Assembly: GCA_943357985.1 (NCBI GenBank)
Contig: CALRGR010000004.1
Location: forward strand, 1,238-65,237
Source: Candidatus Levybacteria bacterium GW2011_GWA1_37_16
GTDB lineage: Bacteria; Patescibacteriota; Microgenomatia; Levybacterales; UBA12049
DNA: 64,000 nucleotides
Reading direction: 5' to 3'
In this document: one piece after another, positions 8,444 through 17,333 of the stretch
How the letters are laid out: every line of letters begins with the position of its first letter
Position numbering within the stretch: position 1 is the first letter of the stretch
The notes under the pieces: model-generated
The model's database searches: none
What the model was told of the DNA's origin: nothing
What the model saw: the letters and a program-made list of their open reading frames with translations, nothing else
Translations under genes and position numbers: made by a program

Positions 8444-9331
8444 ATGCTTAATACCCATGAATCTCTTGCAGGTATGCGAAGAGTAGATAGAACTCCAAAT
8501 CTTGGTCTTGATTTTTCTCCTATTCTCAATAGATTTGTTGACACGCAGAGGCTGTTGACAGCGGATGCCACTGTAGTACTGTCAGAAAATCCTTCCAGAA
8601 AAGCTCTTTTAGATTTCTACAAAAAGACGGATCTGTTTAAACAGACGTACGCATACGCGGCAAAATATGCGTTGAATCCTTCGGTGCTTGCTCAAGACCA
8701 GGATTTAAGATCTGATTTTGTGGGAAAAGTTTTTAGCGATTTGGCTTTCATATGGCTAAACTTTTCCTTGCCGTCAAATCAAACCATTTTATCTCAAGAC
8801 CAAACCTTGGTTTTGTGGTCAAAGATGTATCCGCATGTTCAAAGAATCGAGCACCCTTTTGGGACTGCGTCTTTGGCAGGTATAACCGTACCAGATGGTG
8901 TTGTGGTAGAAAGAAATGGAGATAAACCAAGGATTGTCCGTGTTTGTGAATACAAAACAAATGGAAACAGGGTAAATAGAGGAGGATCATACAATGGCTA
9001 CGTGATTGGAAAGGAAATTTTTCCAGTCGTTCTTGGAGAAGCTGATTTTAAGTTTTTTGTCCCTGATGACAGTTCCTCACCATCCCGAAGTAGGGAGTTT
9101 GAAAATGATATAGTAAGACTAACCATATCGTATTCTCAGTTGAGAAATTTTTTAGATGATACACTTGGCATTTACCGTCCAACAGAGGAGTCAGCCACAA
9201 TAAATGAGCTGGAAGCAAGGAAAACAGAGCAGGTAAGCGGAGTAAAGACAATTAATCCAGATGGTAGTCAGGCAGATTTTGTGAAGACACCCGAATATAA
9301 AAGATATGTTAATAGGGCGTATCTCGTATAA
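8444..9331 (+). CDS. hypothetical protein (295 aa)
   Basis: Long intact ORF; unknown family. Confidence 0.5.
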   Translation: MLNTHESLAGMRRVDRTPNLGLDFSPILNRFVDTQRLLTADATVVLSENPSRKALLDFYKKTDLFKQTYAYAAKYALNPSVLAQDQDLRSDFVGKVFSDLAFIWLNFSLPSNQTILSQDQTLVLWSKMYPHVQRIEHPFGTASLAGITVPDGVVVERNGDKPRIVRVCEYKTNGNRVNRGGSYNGYVIGKEIFPVVLGEADFKFFVPDDSSSPSRSREFENDIVRLTISYSQLRNFLDDTLGIYRPTEESATINELEARKTEQVSGVKTINPDGSQADFVKTPEYKRYVNRAYLV

Positions 9332-9338
9332 AACTAGC

Positions 9339-9367
9339 TTGATTTAGTTTCATTTATTGTGTATAAT
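9339..9367 (+). promoter_or_regulatory. sigma70-like promoter (TTGATT-17-TATAAT) with ~75-nt leader for rpsB
   Basis: TTGATT 9339-9344, TATAAT 9362-9367; the leader contains a TTCGC/GCGAA hairpin and AGGAGG. Confidence 0.5.
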
Positions 9368-9441
9368 AGCTTCATCACGCACGCTTTCGGATTAATCCTG
9401 TTCGCCCAAAAAGCGAAAAAGAAAGCGGAGGATAAAGGATT

Positions 9442-10341
9442 ATGAGAGAAATTACACTTGAAGAATTATTAGAGGCTGGTTGTCATTTTGGACATCAAGT
9501 AACACGTCAAAACCCCAAAGCACGCGATTTTGTTTTTGAAGCCCGCGACGGAATTCATATTATTGATCTTGCAAAAACTAAAGTTGGACTTGAAGAAGCA
9601 GGAGCATTTATTAGAGATTTAGCCTCAAGAGGTGGTAGTCTAGTTGTAGTTGGTACAAAAAGACAAGCACAACCGACTGTTATAGCTCAAGTTAAAAAAG
9701 CAGAAGAGCTAGGCGCCGGCGATGGGCTTTTTTCTATTACAAACCGTTGGATTGGGGGAATCCTTACAAACTTTGCCGAAGTTTCCAAAAATTTTGCAAA
9801 ACTTGCCGACATTGAAGAAAAACTCAAAAATGAGGAAGAAAGGTCCAAATATACCAAGAAAGAAATAGGAGACTGGGGAAAAGAAAAGCAAAAGCTTGAG
9901 AGTTTTTACGGCGGAATTTCAAGTATGAAAAAAACTCCGGATGCTCTTTTTATAATTGATTCTCACCTTGAAGATCTTGCAGTTAGAGAAGCAAAAGTAA
10001 TGGGTGTTCCAACCGTAGCCTTTGTAGATACAAATTCGGATCCTGAAGTTATAGATTATCCAATTCCGGCAAATGATGATGCACTTGGAAGCGTTGAGTT
10101 GATAGTTAAGTTTATAATGGATGCGTGGATTGAGGGTAAAAAAGTTCTTAAAGATAATACTGAAAAAGTCCTTCGACAGGCTCAGGATAAACTAGCAAAG
10201 GAAGAAAAAAAAGCCGTCGCCACTGAAAGCTCTAGTAATTTGAAAAAAGAAAAGAAAGTCCTTCGACAGGCTCAGGATAAACCAAAAAAAGAAGTAAAAA
10301 CAAAAACTAAAACAAAAACAAAAAAGCTTAAGAATTCGTAA
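9442..10341 (+). CDS. rpsB: 30S ribosomal protein S2 with Lys-rich C-terminal extension
   Basis: S2 N-terminus (LLEAGCHFGHQ); C-terminal tail contains the duplicated KVLRQAQDK peptide and a TKTKTK run. Confidence 0.95.
   Translation: MREITLEELLEAGCHFGHQVTRQNPKARDFVFEARDGIHIIDLAKTKVGLEEAGAFIRDLASRGGSLVVVGTKRQAQPTVIAQVKKAEELGAGDGLFSITNRWIGGILTNFAEVSKNFAKLADIEEKLKNEEERSKYTKKEIGDWGKEKQKLESFYGGISSMKKTPDALFIIDSHLEDLAVREAKVMGVPTVAFVDTNSDPEVIDYPIPANDDALGSVELIVKFIMDAWIEGKKVLKDNTEKVLRQAQDKLAKEEKKAVATESSSNLKKEKKVLRQAQDKPKKEVKTKTKTKTKKLKNS
10165..10282. repeat. two identical 28-bp direct repeats (AAAGTCCTTCGACAGGCTCAGGATAAAC) 90 bp apart inside the rpsB tail
   Basis: Copies at 10165-10192 and 10255-10282; in-frame 30-codon periodicity. 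Confidence 0.8.
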
Positions 10342-10361
10342 TTCTTAATTCTTAATTCAAT

Positions 10362-10823
10362 ATGAAGGCAGATATAGGACTTCTGAAAAAACTCCGCCAG
10401 CAGTCGTTAGCGGCAATTGCAGATTGTAGAATGGCACTTGAAGAGTCAGATAATGACTACGATAAAGCTTTAGAATGGCTTAAAAAGCGGGGAATTGATA
10501 AGGCCGGTAAAAAGGGAGACAGGGAAACCTCACAAGGAATAATTGAAGCATATATTCATGGAAACGGAAGAGTTGGTGTACTTATTGAACTTTTGTGTGA
10601 GACTGATTTTGTCGCAAGAACAGATGAGTTTAAAAGCTTGGCACATGAGATTGCAATGCAGGCAGCCGCAATGAAACCCGTTGATGTTAAAAGCTTGCTC
10701 GGTCAAGAATATATCCGCGATTCATCTTTGACTATCGATAAGCTTGTTAAATCGGCAATTGGGAAACTCGGCGAAAATATTGTAATTAAAAGATTCAAGG
10801 TTTTTGAAATAGGACAAGAATAG
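10362..10823 (+). CDS. tsf: elongation factor Ts (short form)
   Basis: EF-Ts N-terminal UBA-like region (LLKKLRQQSLAAIADCRMALEES), conserved LCETDFV motif and operon position after rpsB. Confidence 0.85.
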   Translation: MKADIGLLKKLRQQSLAAIADCRMALEESDNDYDKALEWLKKRGIDKAGKKGDRETSQGIIEAYIHGNGRVGVLIELLCETDFVARTDEFKSLAHEIAMQAAAMKPVDVKSLLGQEYIRDSSLTIDKLVKSAIGKLGENIVIKRFKVFEIGQE

Positions 10824-10878
10824 TCCTCCTCGTAAGTTTATAATTGCGAATTTTTATTTTTTCTGCTAATCTTGCAAT

Positions 10879-11274
10879 ATGACTGAGGCTCTTGTTGTTT
10901 CGGGAGATTTGATGCAAAAAAAAGAGGCTGTTTTAGATTCATGGAACAGTGCAGAAGTTTCTGATTTCTGTGACGCAGATACTTTAAACCCGCAAGACTT
11001 TAAACTATGGGCCGTAAAAAGAAGAACCGCAGTTGCATGGCGCATAAATATTTTAGGTAATCTTTTGCCCGATGTACTTACCGACGTTATGAAGTGCGTA
11101 GAATTTGAAAGAAGTATTATAGATGGTTCAGATGAAAGAGCAAAATCTGATATTGGTAGTGAAGATTATGCCAGGATAGGAGCATCATATTCTTCCGGCG
11201 AAAAAAGTCCACTAAATGCGATATTTATGACCGCTATTAAACATGTCAGGGAACTTCGAGCCGGTATAGAATAA
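10879..11274 (+). CDS. hypothetical protein (131 aa) in the position normally occupied by pyrH
   Basis: Intact ORF between tsf and frr; no UMP-kinase motifs. Confidence 0.45.
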   Translation: MTEALVVSGDLMQKKEAVLDSWNSAEVSDFCDADTLNPQDFKLWAVKRRTAVAWRINILGNLLPDVLTDVMKCVEFERSIIDGSDERAKSDIGSEDYARIGASYSSGEKSPLNAIFMTAIKHVRELRAGIE

Positions 11275-11281
11275 TAAATTT

Positions 11282-11842
11282 ATGAATGATATAACTCAAG
11301 AAACAAAAGAAAAAATGGATAAAGTTTTGGATGTTTTGCATTCTGATTTGGCAACAGTTAGAGCCGGCCGCGCTAGCCCTTCGCTTGTTGAACATATTGT
11401 CATCTCAGCTTACGGTGGAACCGCAAGGCTTAAAGTTGTAGAGCTTGCTACCATTTCCGCAACTGATAATCAGACATTAACGGTAACCCCTTTTGATGGT
11501 TCAATAATTGGTGAAATTCAGAAAGGAATTATAGAATCAGGAGGAGGCCTAAATCCTGTAATTGATGGACAGCTCATAAGAATTGCAATTCCAATGCTTT
11601 CGGAAGAAAGAAGATTGGAACTTATAAAGCTTATGAAGCAAAAGCTTGAAAACGGCAAAATTATGGTGCGTCAAGTAAGGCATGAGGCAATGGAAGAGAT
11701 TAAGAAACAATATAATGACAAGACAATTGGAGAAGATGAAATGGCGCGGCTTGAAAAAGAAATTCAAAGAGCAACTGATGACAACATGAGTCAAATTGAT
11801 GAAATGGGCAAGCGCAAAGAAGAAGAACTCCTTCAAATTTAA
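11282..11842 (+). CDS. frr: ribosome recycling factor
   Basis: RRF signature (VRAGRASPSLVE, VTPFDGS). Confidence 0.9.
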   Translation: MNDITQETKEKMDKVLDVLHSDLATVRAGRASPSLVEHIVISAYGGTARLKVVELATISATDNQTLTVTPFDGSIIGEIQKGIIESGGGLNPVIDGQLIRIAIPMLSEERRLELIKLMKQKLENGKIMVRQVRHEAMEEIKKQYNDKTIGEDEMARLEKEIQRATDDNMSQIDEMGKRKEEELLQI

Positions 11843-11845
11843 TTT

Positions 11846-12955
11846 ATGCTTACCGCTTTAATTTTTCTACTTATCCTCATGCTTCTTGTTTTAATTCATG
11901 AGGCCGGACATTTTTTTATTGCAAAGTGGCTTGGAATAAAAGTTGAAGAGTTTGGTTTTGGTTTTCCACCGCGCGCATTTAGTATTAAAAAAGGAGAAAC
12001 TCTTTATTCCATAAATTGGTTGCCAATTGGTGGATTTGTAAAACTTTATGGAGAAGATGAGGCAGGAGGAGGGAAAATAAAGCCATCAGCCATTAGCCAT
12101 CAGCTATCAGCCGATTTGGGTAGGGCATTTTTTGCAAGACCAGCTTGGCAAAGAGTCCTAGTTGTTTTTGCCGGAGTTGTAATGAATTTTTTACTGGCAG
12201 TTGTAATTATTTCTTATCTCTATGGAGTAACTGGCGTTTCGGTTCCTGGAGATAAAGTATCAATTACAGGTACTTCACCTTCTTCACCCGCTCAGATGGC
12301 GGGTCTTTCTAAGGGTGACCTAATCAAATCAATAAATGGTGTTTCTATAAAAAGCGCTGAAGAGCTAACGGTTTTTACACAAAAACATTTAGGAGAGAAG
12401 CTGTCTTTGGTGATTGAAAGAAATGACAAGGCCCAGTCGGTAGAAATTATCCCACGTAAAAATTATCCCGCGGGACAAGGTCCTATGGGAGTAAGCATTA
12501 CTACAAATGTAATAATTAAAAAATACCCATGGTATCAGGCGCCGGTTGTTGGAACAATAGAAGCAGCTAAAACTTCCTGGATGATTGCTGCAAGTTTAGG
12601 CAAAACCGTTTTTGATTTGGTTACTAAGGCTCAGGTTCCGCAGGGAGTTGCCGGGCCTATCGGAATCGCACAACTTACGGGGCAATTTGTTCAGATTGGA
12701 CCAATAGCAGTTTTGTCTCTAATTTCACTGCTTTCTTTAAACTTAGCTATTTTAAATGTTTTACCAATTCCGGCACTTGACGGAGGAAGATTATTTTTTA
12801 TTTTAATTGAACTTGTAACACGCAAAAAAGTAAATCAGAAGTATGAAAACTATGCGCACGCTCTAGGAATGGTTGTTCTTCTTACTCTAATAGCGATCAT
12901 TACACTCCACGATATATTTAGGATTTTTAGCGGCCAACCCCTACTTCCTAAATAG
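11846..12955 (+). CDS. rseP: RIP site-2 zinc metalloprotease (RseP family) with PDZ domain
   Basis: HEAGHFF HExxH motif in TM1, PDZ segment, C-terminal LDGG motif. Confidence 0.85.
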   Translation: MLTALIFLLILMLLVLIHEAGHFFIAKWLGIKVEEFGFGFPPRAFSIKKGETLYSINWLPIGGFVKLYGEDEAGGGKIKPSAISHQLSADLGRAFFARPAWQRVLVVFAGVVMNFLLAVVIISYLYGVTGVSVPGDKVSITGTSPSSPAQMAGLSKGDLIKSINGVSIKSAEELTVFTQKHLGEKLSLVIERNDKAQSVEIIPRKNYPAGQGPMGVSITTNVIIKKYPWYQAPVVGTIEAAKTSWMIAASLGKTVFDLVTKAQVPQGVAGPIGIAQLTGQFVQIGPIAVLSLISLLSLNLAILNVLPIPALDGGRLFFILIELVTRKKVNQKYENYAHALGMVVLLTLIAIITLHDIFRIFSGQPLLPK

Positions 12956-13339
12956 TTAGCGAATATCATCTAGTCCATCAATACCTTCTATAAAATCATA
13001 GATGTAGTTATCAGATAAGCTTGAATGGTAGGGTGTATCCTCAACTTTTCTTACGATGAAAACTCTTGCAACTCTGTCCATTTGTCTTGTAACTTTGGTT
13101 ATGAATTTACTTAAACCTATTTTATCAAGTGCTCTTGCTTTTAAGATATCATCCTTTCCCATTATTCGTGTCTGGCCGTCCCTGTAGAGAAAGCCTATTA
13201 TAGGAGAATCCGTGCTGTTTATCTGCATTCCTACAATCCTTCTAAGATTTTCAACGGAGAATTTTTTTGGGTTAAATTCAACCTTTCCAATTCCATTGCC
13301 ATATCCGACAGATATATTTGGATTTATTTCCTTATTCAT
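12956..13339 (-). CDS. hypothetical protein (127 aa; internal Met start MNKEINPN)
   Basis: The long ORF-track N-terminus is low-complexity and runs into the T-box promoter; the shorter start leaves a coherent 127-aa protein. Confidence 0.45.
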   Translation of the reverse strand: MNKEINPNISVGYGNGIGKVEFNPKKFSVENLRRIVGMQINSTDSPIIGFLYRDGQTRIMGKDDILKARALDKIGLSKFITKVTRQMDRVARVFIVRKVEDTPYHSSLSDNYIYDFIEGIDGLDDIR

Positions 13340-13399
13340 ATTTGTACAAATGATGATTATACAAGAAATTAAAAGAAAGTGATATATGAAAAATGAATC

Positions 13400-13429
13400 T
13401 TGACATAAATAACTATTGGAGCTTATAAT
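13400..13429 (+). promoter_or_regulatory. near-consensus sigma70 promoter TTGACA-17-TATAAT
   Basis: TTGACA 13400-13405, TATAAT 13424-13429. Confidence 0.6.
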
Positions 13430-13435
13430 TGATTT

Positions 13436-13603
13436 ATATAAAGCGTTTGAGTTTGGTTTCCTGCCAAGCGAGCTGATTGCGATAAGCAGTACGGAAACTC
13501 TACCGTAAAAGAGAGATTTGAGGTTTAGTCTAAAATAGATTAAGCGAAACAGGGTGGTACCACGAAGAACACTTCGTCCTTGTATGGGAAGAGGTGTTTT
13601 TTT
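13436..13603 (+). promoter_or_regulatory. T-box riboswitch-like leader (terminator helix that also sequesters the SD) controlling the csaA-like/proS operon
   Basis: AGGGTGGTACCACG 13551-13564 matches the T-box core; helix 13570-13580/13587-13598 followed by a U7 run; the SD GAGGTG lies inside the helix. Confidence 0.5.
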
Positions 13604-13939
13604 ATGGCAACAATTGATGATTTTGATAAATTGGATATTAGAGTCGGAGTAATAACGGGAGTTGATGACTTTCCGCAGGCCCGCAAACCTTCCTATAAAT
13701 TGACTATAAACTTTGGACCGGAAATTGGAATAAAACATTCAAGTGCGCAACTGGTAAAACACTATAAAAAAGAAGAGTTGGTTGGTAGAAAAGTGATGGG
13801 AGTTGTTAATTTTCCGCAGAGACAAATTGGTCCTTTCATGTCTGAGTCTTTAACGCTGGGTGTACCAGACGAAGAGCACGAATGTATTCTGATAGTTCCC
13901 GATAAAGATGATGCTATAATAGGAGGGAAGCTTTACTAA
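13604..13939 (+). CDS. tRNA-binding protein (CsaA/Trbp111-like EMAP-fold domain)
   Basis: MATIDDFDKLDIRVGVI...GVVNFPQRQIGPFMSE resembles the MetRS C-terminal / CsaA tRNA-binding domain; start moved to the ATG after the leader. Confidence 0.7.
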   Translation: MATIDDFDKLDIRVGVITGVDDFPQARKPSYKLTINFGPEIGIKHSSAQLVKHYKKEELVGRKVMGVVNFPQRQIGPFMSESLTLGVPDEEHECILIVPDKDDAIIGGKLY

Positions 13940-13940
13940 T

Positions 13941-15173
13941 ATGAAATATTCACAATTGTTTGGGAAGACTGTAAAGGATGCACCAAAAGATGAAACCTCC
14001 ACCAATGCCAAGCTTCTAACTCAGGCTGGATTTATAAGAAAAGAAGTAGCGGGGGTTTATAATTTTTTGCCATTGGGACTTCGTGTTGTTAATAAAATTT
14101 CAAACATAGTTAGGGAGGAAATGAATAAAGCCGGCGGTCAGGAAATTCTTCTTTCTGCTTTGCAAAATAAAGAAAGTTGGCAAAAGTCCGGACGGTGGAA
14201 TAGTTTTGATGCGCTTTTCAAACTTGCGAGCCAATTTGAAAAAGAATATGCCTTGGGGCCAACGCATGAGGAAGTTCTGGTTCCTCTGGCGCAGGAGTTT
14301 ATCCTTTCCTATAAAGATTTGCCCGTATATCTTTATCAAATTCAGACAAAATTTAGAGATGAAGCCAGGGCAAAAGCTGGAATTTTAAGAGGGCGGGAGT
14401 TTTTAATGAAAGACTTTTATTCGTTTCATGAGACGGAAAAAGACATGAACGATTATTACGAAAAAATGAAAGCAGCCTACAAAAATATTTTTAAAAGATT
14501 GGGACTTGATGCAATTGAGACCAAAGCTGGGGGAGGAACGTTCTCTGACTTTTCCCATGAATATCAGGTTATAACAGAAGCCGGTGAGGACGAGATTATT
14601 TATTGCCCGGGAGGAGATTTTTCGGAAAATACAGAAATTGCAAAAGTGGCAGAAGGAAAAGAGTGTGATTTGGGTCACGGACCTCTAAAAAAAGTTAAAA
14701 CCATAGAGGCTGGAAATATTTTTCCGTTGTCTGACAAATTCTCAAAAGCTTTTGGACTTAAATTTAAAGATAAAGACGGAAAAGAAAAATATGTAATGAT
14801 GGGCTGTTATGGTTTGGGAATAACGCGTGCAATGGGGACAATTGTTGAAGTTTCACATGATGACAAGGGAATTATTTGGCCTGCGGCAGTATCTCCATTT
14901 GACGTTCACCTAGTTCATATTGAAGATGCAGAAAGTGAACCATGGGCAAAGGAAGCTTATGAGAAGTTAACGGATGCCGGAGTAGATGTGCTTTGGGATG
15001 ACAGAGAAAATGCGACTGCCGGACAAAAATTTGCGGATGCGGATTTGATTGGAATTCCTGTTAGGCTTGTTGTTTCTAAAAAAGTTGGACAGGGAAAAGT
15101 TGAATGGAAAAAAAGGGCTAGTCAGGATTCGGAAATGATAACGTTAGATGCTGCAATCCAGAAATTAAGGTAG
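13941..15173 (+). CDS. proS: prolyl-tRNA synthetase (short form, no editing insertion)
   Basis: Class II motifs; YQIQTKFRDEARAKAGILRGREFLMKDFYSF is ProRS-specific. Confidence 0.9.
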   Translation: MKYSQLFGKTVKDAPKDETSTNAKLLTQAGFIRKEVAGVYNFLPLGLRVVNKISNIVREEMNKAGGQEILLSALQNKESWQKSGRWNSFDALFKLASQFEKEYALGPTHEEVLVPLAQEFILSYKDLPVYLYQIQTKFRDEARAKAGILRGREFLMKDFYSFHETEKDMNDYYEKMKAAYKNIFKRLGLDAIETKAGGGTFSDFSHEYQVITEAGEDEIIYCPGGDFSENTEIAKVAEGKECDLGHGPLKKVKTIEAGNIFPLSDKFSKAFGLKFKDKDGKEKYVMMGCYGLGITRAMGTIVEVSHDDKGIIWPAAVSPFDVHLVHIEDAESEPWAKEAYEKLTDAGVDVLWDDRENATAGQKFADADLIGIPVRLVVSKKVGQGKVEWKKRASQDSEMITLDAAIQKLR

Positions 15174-15617
15174 GAAGGGAATAGTTGCGCCAAAAACTTT
15201 TACCCAGACAAGCGTATAGACTAATAAAAACACAAAAACCCCCAAACCTAAAATAACAGGAGATACTTTTCCGGCTTTTTTCTTGGAGCTGAATACTTGA
15301 GAATTTGTTGCGTTTATATCAACAGGTGCTTGTTGCGGCTGGGCAGTTGTTGTAACGTCCGTTTTTAGCTCAGGTGAAGATTGTACCTGAGGCATTATCG
15401 GTTGTGGTTGGATAGGGATTGGATTAATAGTTGCTGCGGGTTGAGCCGGCGCAGGAATTACTGGTGTAGATATGGAGTTAGGAGTAGGGTTTGGCTGAAA
15501 TCCACTGGTAGCAGGTGTCTGTGCAGGTTTGATTGCAGGAGCAGGAACGGGCGTACTCATTACACGGTTAAATGTTTCCTGAAGTTTTGGATCAAATCCT
15601 GAGAGTTGTTTATCCAT
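15165..15617 (-). CDS. Pro/Thr/Gln-rich protein with C-terminal TM anchor
   Basis: Low-complexity P-rich body, hydrophobic C-terminus; start chosen at MDKQ because TTGACA lies inside the longer ORF. Confidence 0.4.
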   Translation of the reverse strand: MDKQLSGFDPKLQETFNRVMSTPVPAPAIKPAQTPATSGFQPNPTPNSISTPVIPAPAQPAATINPIPIQPQPIMPQVQSSPELKTDVTTTAQPQQAPVDINATNSQVFSSKKKAGKVSPVILGLGVFVFLLVYTLVWVKVFGATIPFLP

Positions 15618-15780
15618 GGCAAGTAATATCGTCTTAAATTCGCGCGACTTTGTCAATAGCAAATAGAATTTCTAATTCAAAATTTCTAATTTCTAATCAA
15701 ATCCAAATGTTTAAAATTTAAAATATTAAAAATTGAATAAAAATTAAGAATTAAAAATTTAAAATTGCTATAATAGGGAT

Positions 15781-16665
15781 ATGAAAATTGTTGTAACGCA
15801 TGGATCGCCCGATATGGACGCCATAACCTCGACTTGGCTTATTAAAAGATATTTACCCGGTTGGGAAGATGCTGTGGTAAAATTTGTTGCTGCAGGAGAA
15901 AGACTCGACTCCAGCAAAAATAAAGACGAAGTTATAGAAAAGATTGGAGAAAATGAAGTGATAACCGTTGACACTGGACTTGGGCCGCTTGATCACCACC
16001 AAACGCAAAGCGATAAAGTTTGCGGAGCAAGTCTAACATGGGATTATGTCAGAGTTGCGAGTTCAGAATTTAGAATTCAGAATGATAAAACAAAGAGTAA
16101 GGAAGAAGCTATCTCCCGGATTGTAAAAGTTGTTGTTGATATAGATCACTTCAAGGAAGTTTTCTGGAAAGATTCTATTGCCGATTATCATGAATTCTCT
16201 CTGGTAAATATTTTAGATGGACTTAAGCTTCAAAAGCCAGGAGATAATAGTTATTATGTAGAGTTTGTAATGAATAGTTTAGACGCATTACTTCATGAGT
16301 TTGAAAATAGAATTTGGGCGGAAAAAGAAATTAAGGAAAATGGAAAGCAGTTCAAAATCAGCAACGGACGCGCAATCGGCTTTGAAACTTTAAACGATAC
16401 GGTTATAAAACTTTCTCAAAAAATGGGATATGTTTTAGTTGTTAGGAAAGATCCAAGAAAAGGTTATGTAAGAATTAAAGCAAATCCGGATTCCGATATT
16501 GATCTAACTTTAGCCTATGAGAATTTTAAAAAAATAGACCCCGATGCAACCTGGTTTCTGCATGTTTCAAAAAGAATGCTCTTGAATGGGTCTGTAAAAA
16601 ACCCAAAAATGAGGCCAACGAGGCTAAAACTTGATGCTATAATAAAGGTGCTTGAACAAATATGA
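15781..16665 (+). CDS. DHH-family phosphoesterase (NrnA-like)
   Basis: HGSPDMDAITS and LDHH motifs. Confidence 0.6.
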   Translation: MKIVVTHGSPDMDAITSTWLIKRYLPGWEDAVVKFVAAGERLDSSKNKDEVIEKIGENEVITVDTGLGPLDHHQTQSDKVCGASLTWDYVRVASSEFRIQNDKTKSKEEAISRIVKVVVDIDHFKEVFWKDSIADYHEFSLVNILDGLKLQKPGDNSYYVEFVMNSLDALLHEFENRIWAEKEIKENGKQFKISNGRAIGFETLNDTVIKLSQKMGYVLVVRKDPRKGYVRIKANPDSDIDLTLAYENFKKIDPDATWFLHVSKRMLLNGSVKNPKMRPTRLKLDAIIKVLEQI

Positions 16666-16991
16666 ATACCTGTGTTTTCTGTAAAATTGCCCGTCACGAG
16701 ATTCCAAAAGATTTTGCCTATGAAGACAAAGACATAATGGTCTTTGATGACATAAATCCCCTAAAGCCGATACATATCCTTGTAGTTCCCAAAGCACACA
16801 TCAAGGATTTTAATTATTTGTCCGATGACAAGATTTGGAAAAAAATAAGAGTTGTTGCACAGGAAATGGTTGCTAAAAAGAAGATAAAAAATAAAGGATA
16901 CCGTCTTACAATGCATGGCGGAGGAGCACAAGTTATAGACCATTTGCATGTTCACATCACAGGCCCCTTAGGAAAATCCGCAAAGATGTAG
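16662..16991 (+). CDS. HIT-family (histidine triad) protein
   Basis: CVFCKI N-terminus and HLHVHI triad. Confidence 0.8.
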   Translation: MNTCVFCKIARHEIPKDFAYEDKDIMVFDDINPLKPIHILVVPKAHIKDFNYLSDDKIWKKIRVVAQEMVAKKKIKNKGYRLTMHGGGAQVIDHLHVHITGPLGKSAKM

Positions 16992-17147
16992 ACTACTGGT
17001 TTGTCGAGTCAAAAAGTACTATAATAGGTATAGTTGTCCATCCCGAACTTGCCGTTTGCCTTTTCAGAACTATTCGTACACGGCTCACGGAGCGTTTTCG
17101 GGCGGACTTAACCCCGCTAAGCGGGGTAAAGGGGGTGTTTTATTTTT

Positions 17148-17330
17148 ATGGTAGTTGTTAAAAAAATGCCGGGTGAGTCTGATGAATCGCTTATCCGTAA
17201 ATTTTCAAAAAAAGTTATAAATGAAGGAATAATCCAAGAGGCAAAAAGACGAGAATTTTATCTTAAGCCCTCACTTGCCCGTAAGCAAAAAGCAGAAGAT
17301 GCAAGACGTGTTAAGAAAGTTTGGGCCTAA
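17148..17330 (+). CDS. rpsU: 30S ribosomal protein S21
   Basis: Characteristic basic 60-aa S21 sequence. Confidence 0.85.
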   Translation: MVVVKKMPGESDESLIRKFSKKVINEGIIQEAKRREFYLKPSLARKQKAEDARRVKKVWA

Positions 17331-17333
17331 TTT

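Noticed and set aside
8230-8571. 113-aa minus-strand ORF
   Set aside because: It overlaps two co-oriented plus-strand ORFs in an operon-like arrangement, and its Cys/Ser-rich sequence looks non-protein-like.
10332-10361. TTCTTAA/TAATTC short tandem repeats after the rpsB stop (CRISPR-like?)
   Set aside because: There are only 2-3 units of 7 nt, no spacers, and no cas genes. This is a simple AT-rich microsatellite.
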